Positions 60,692 through 64,000 of a stretch of DNA of 64,000 bases are shown piece after piece (the stretch's first letter is position 1; each line of letters starts with the position of its first letter). Where the stretch lies: the NCBI GenBank assembly GCA_965645245.1, contig OZ287067.1:2914001-2978000 (forward strand), in the 5' to 3' direction. This DNA comes from Massalongia carnosa. Its lineage: Eukaryota. Below the pieces are notes generated by a model, which saw only the letters and a program-made list of their open reading frames with translations, did no database searches and had not been told where the DNA came from. Made by a program: the position numbers and the translations under genes.

Positions 60692-62022
60692 ATGCCCCAA
60701 CCCGACCTCCCCGATGCGGCGCATGCTGATCTCGACTCCCACCTAAGTCATAAGTTCGGCAAAGAAGTGGCGAATTACTATGCTGGTAAGGGAAAACCCC
60801 CTCGGCAACACACCCCTTCCCTACCACCTTCAGCAAAAACCTGCCGACCTACCCGACTAACTACGCAGGCTCACCCCTAAACCGGGTGTCGTTTCTGCGC
60901 ACCAATCCAGCCTTCCTGTCCGCGGCCGTGAAGCACCCGTCGACGCGCTTTCTCCTCCTCAACCACCTCGCGCCCCTGGCCCAGAATCCTGCGAGCCTCC
61001 ACTACGTTGCCTTCGCCGACGTGCAGGCGCTGATCGGCGATGACCCGTACGCGAAAACGGAGGAGGAGCTGCTGAGAGACTATGATTCCAGCGTCACCAT
61101 ACCGCAACTGCTGTTCCTGGGGTTAGATGAGAACGCCCAAGACCGGCTGGAATGGACCGTTTACAGCGGATCCCCCTATTTCGCCCTGGACGTCACCCCC
61201 AAGGGCTCCGTGCATGCCAAGGCCATCAGCCTCATACACGACCTGGAAGCGCGGGGCTTCCAGTTCGTTCAAGGCAGGTTACACATGTCCCTCGCCCCGC
61301 CGGAAGCTGCGATTTACGCCCAAGCCCGCGTTCTCCTTGACTGGAATGCGCGCAACCCGTTCTGCGCCGCATGTGGCCAGCCCACCCTCTCCATCCAAGC
61401 GGGCATGAAACGAACTTGTCCTCCAGCAGACAAGGCAAGCTTAGGTGGCTCTAGCGGCTCCACCGTCGACGCTCCTATCACCGCCCGCCCAGCGTGCGTC
61501 ACCCGCGACGGGGTGTCCAACCTGTCCTTCCCCCGCACCGATCCCACCGTGATCATGGCCGTGGTATCGTCTGACTCGCAGCGTGTCCTAGTCGGCCGCC
61601 AAAAGCGCTGGCCGGCGAAGTGGTACTCGACGCTAGCCGGCTTCGTCGAACCGGCCGAGAGCGTCGAGGAGGCCGTGCGGCGCGAGGTTTGGGAAGAATC
61701 GGGCGTGCTGCTCGGCCGCGTGGTGATCCACTCCACGCAGCCGTGGCCGTATCCGGCCAACTTGATGATCGGGGCGATCGCGCAGGCCATCCCGGGCGGC
61801 GAGGACATCGTTTTGAAGCACGACCCGGAACTAGAGGATGCGAGGTGGGTCGAGTTTGACGAGGTGCGGCACGCCTTGCGGCATGGAACAAGTGGACTGG
61901 GCGAGGAGCCGTCAGGTGAATACAGGGAAGGAACCTTAAGGCTGCCGCCTAGCACAGCCATTGCTAACCAGCTGCTGGGGGCGGTAGTGGGAGGGTTCTT
62001 GGGCACTCAGGCGAAGATATAG
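60692..62022 (+). CDS. NPY1: NADH pyrophosphatase (NudC/NUDT12-like Nudix hydrolase), likely peroxisomal
   Basis: NYYAG|SPLNR, WNARNPFCAACG, FPRTDP, Nudix box AGFVEPAESVEEAVRREVWEESG, STQPWPYP. PTS1-like C-terminus AKI. Confidence 0.92.
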
Positions 62023-62571
62023 CGTAACTGTATATGCAATGCTTATAACCTTGAGACCGTCTTTAACTGATCAGGTGAGTCAGATGTAGACTGTGAATAA
62101 CGTTCGCGGCTAGGAGCGAAAAAGAAATGAATCTGATGAAATGACAGCCAGAGTTTTGCCAAAAAACTCTTCCCCTTGTATAGCGTGGGCTTCCGAGTCG
62201 GAAAGACCACAAATATATCCGACAACAAGCACCGAGAAGCGCCGGTGCTTCCCTGTTAAGTCGCTGCGTCGGAAGTGCCGAATACTTTATGTAAAAGGTC
62301 ATTGCAAATCGAGAACTACGTCCATCCAACATGTGAAGAGCTTAATTCGACTGGAGATGAAAGGGAGGTACTTAGAAACAATCATTATTTAAAGATAGGA
62401 GTGGCATTTATACAAGACAGCGCAAGAGAGGAGAATAATTCAGTCCCCAACCCATTCATAGCCATCCATAGCCATCCATAGCGTAAAAGACATGGGAATA
62501 TAAGCTCCGTCCAGGCCTGCTTAACGCCACACAAGCAAATAGCCATTCGGTACTTTAGTTCAGCTTGTCAG

Positions 62572-63672
62572 TCAAGACCAAAACCACCCCTTTCGCCTAG
62601 AGTCTTTCACTTCAACATCCGATGCAATCTTTGATATGACCTCCTTTGTCGTAGTATTAGGGGGAGTTGCTGGTTGAGATTGTGGCTGCTGAGAGTCATA
62701 AGTGGTGTGCACCGTCTCCGTACTCTCCTCTCGTCCATCTGCAAAGCGCCTTTTAAGCACAACTTTGGTGTGAATACTGCCGTCGGAGAGTTTGCTACGC
62801 TCCGTTGTTGTGAGTGTTGAGACGAGGCCTTCTTGTTTGTGCTCTGATTTCGAATTCAAAGAAGTCGAATTTTGAAGGGGTTGAGGAGTCCTAATAACAG
62901 AAGGATACTGGGAGCCAAGGAATCTCTCGTAAAGATCTAATTCTGTGACCTCATTTTCATTTTCATTGTTCTTGGGCTTTCTTAGCCCATCCATGGCAGA
63001 TGGTTGCTCTGATGACTGTTGGTGTAACCCGTACGGTCCATCTCCAAATACCCCGCTGCAAAGCATTGAGACCGCACGCGCATCAGCCTCGTCTTCATCT
63101 CTTCGGACATCTCCTTTCCTGCTTTGTAGAACCCTCAGGTCATCAGATGTATTTTTGCATCCGTCAATCCGAGCGCGGAAGGGCTCTTGACATTCAAGCC
63201 AAAGCTGTGAGCAAGGAATGCCTGCGGCAAAAACTAACGGCCAGCTTGAAAGCTCTGGGATACGAGGCGGGGTTGGTGGCTCTGGTAAAAAATCCGATGA
63301 CAGGTCCTGATTACGCTGAGGCACCTCCTGATCCACCGGCCTATATGGACATCTGGAAATCTTGACCTCTTCGTGTATTTTCCCTTCAACCTCGTCGCGA
63401 GCTTTCTTAAATATGTTGACAATCCTAGCAGCTTCCTCCGATTCGCGGGATAGGTGGCGCCTAAGTTCTCGGGTTTCTTGAAGCCAGACATCGTCATCAA
63501 AGGAGGAAGCCTGCGCCGTCGATGACCTGCTTTTAAAGTTTGTGGGTAGGCCTATAACGCTTTGCAAAAGACTCGACATCTGCTCATCAGCGAAGCGGCG
63601 GAATACAACGAAAGGATTGGCCGCTTCATCGTGAACCGGTTGGCGGTCAGTGCCATCATTGGATGAAGTCAT
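62572..63672 (-). CDS. Uncharacterised fungal protein ending in KGWFWS
   Basis: Long ORF containing NPFVVFRRFADEQMSSLL, TELDLYERFL and STLTTTER...TKVVLKRRFADGREESTETVH. ATG at 63672 inferred as the start. Confidence 0.75.
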   Translation of the reverse strand: MTSSNDGTDRQPVHDEAANPFVVFRRFADEQMSSLLQSVIGLPTNFKSRSSTAQASSFDDDVWLQETRELRRHLSRESEEAARIVNIFKKARDEVEGKIHEEVKISRCPYRPVDQEVPQRNQDLSSDFLPEPPTPPRIPELSSWPLVFAAGIPCSQLWLECQEPFRARIDGCKNTSDDLRVLQSRKGDVRRDEDEADARAVSMLCSGVFGDGPYGLHQQSSEQPSAMDGLRKPKNNENENEVTELDLYERFLGSQYPSVIRTPQPLQNSTSLNSKSEHKQEGLVSTLTTTERSKLSDGSIHTKVVLKRRFADGREESTETVHTTYDSQQPQSQPATPPNTTTKEVISKIASDVEVKDSRRKGWFWS

Positions 63673-64000
63673 ATTTGGCTGTTTTGGTTTGTGAGTCCAG
63701 AAAATGAAGAGATATGGGGATCCTTTATGTATACGTTCTATAGGAACATGCTCTGTGCTCCGTACAGAGTATGAGGCTGATCGCGGGGTATGCACTTACC
63801 GAATCTGTTTCGATATTACGCGTTGTAAGTACTCCGTACGGAGGATGACACAGGAAGTTCTGGCCGACGCTAATATGCACGCTAAATAAGCCACCTACAA
63901 GGGCCTCAGCCCTACGAAGATAAACTCCTTTATTTACTCCTTTATTTACTCCTTTTTTACCTTCTTATCCACCTCCTCATCAGTCTACATTGGCCCACTC

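Noticed and set aside
63925..63960. 12-bp tandem ACTCCTTTATTT x~3
   Set aside because: Short low-complexity repeat at the window edge with no supportable function.

Overview
A gene-dense 64-kb window from a filamentous ascomycete (Pezizomycotina, inferred from short GT-AG introns with CTRAC/CTAAC branch sites, the gene content and RIP-like transitions). It holds about 20 conserved or plausible protein-coding genes: SLX1, CDC8, an EBP-domain protein, QTRT2, MTHFR, CYK3, a PQ-loop protein, an AIG2/GGCT protein, USP7/UBP15, a mitochondrial alpha-keto acid dehydrogenase kinase, an 838-aa orphan, a Pmp3 peptide, CTK1, FOL2, HAT2, XRN1, SPC3, NPY1 and two uncharacterised proteins. Three transposon islands interrupt them. 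(1) At 3.6-6.3 kb there are two adjacent Tc1/mariner elements: one is RIP-eroded with unusual non-TA flanks, the other has an intact DD34E ORF. (2) At 29.2-31.7 kb there is a pogo/Fot1-like element whose left TIR carries ten tandem 17-bp copies, plus two fold-back hairpins and an LTR fragment. (3) At 53.8-59.2 kb a pogo element with ~180-bp TIRs contains two solo LTRs and a 5'-truncated LINE, all with readable target-site duplications. The most notable observations are a TA-ATCGT-terminated long-TIR transposon with apparent tiny fold-back derivatives, the nested insertion stack, the TIR amplification, and a GTACTCTGTAC/TACGGAGTA motif upstream of many genes. No rRNA, tRNA or CRISPR array was seen. 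All family assignments come from motif recognition, not database searches.
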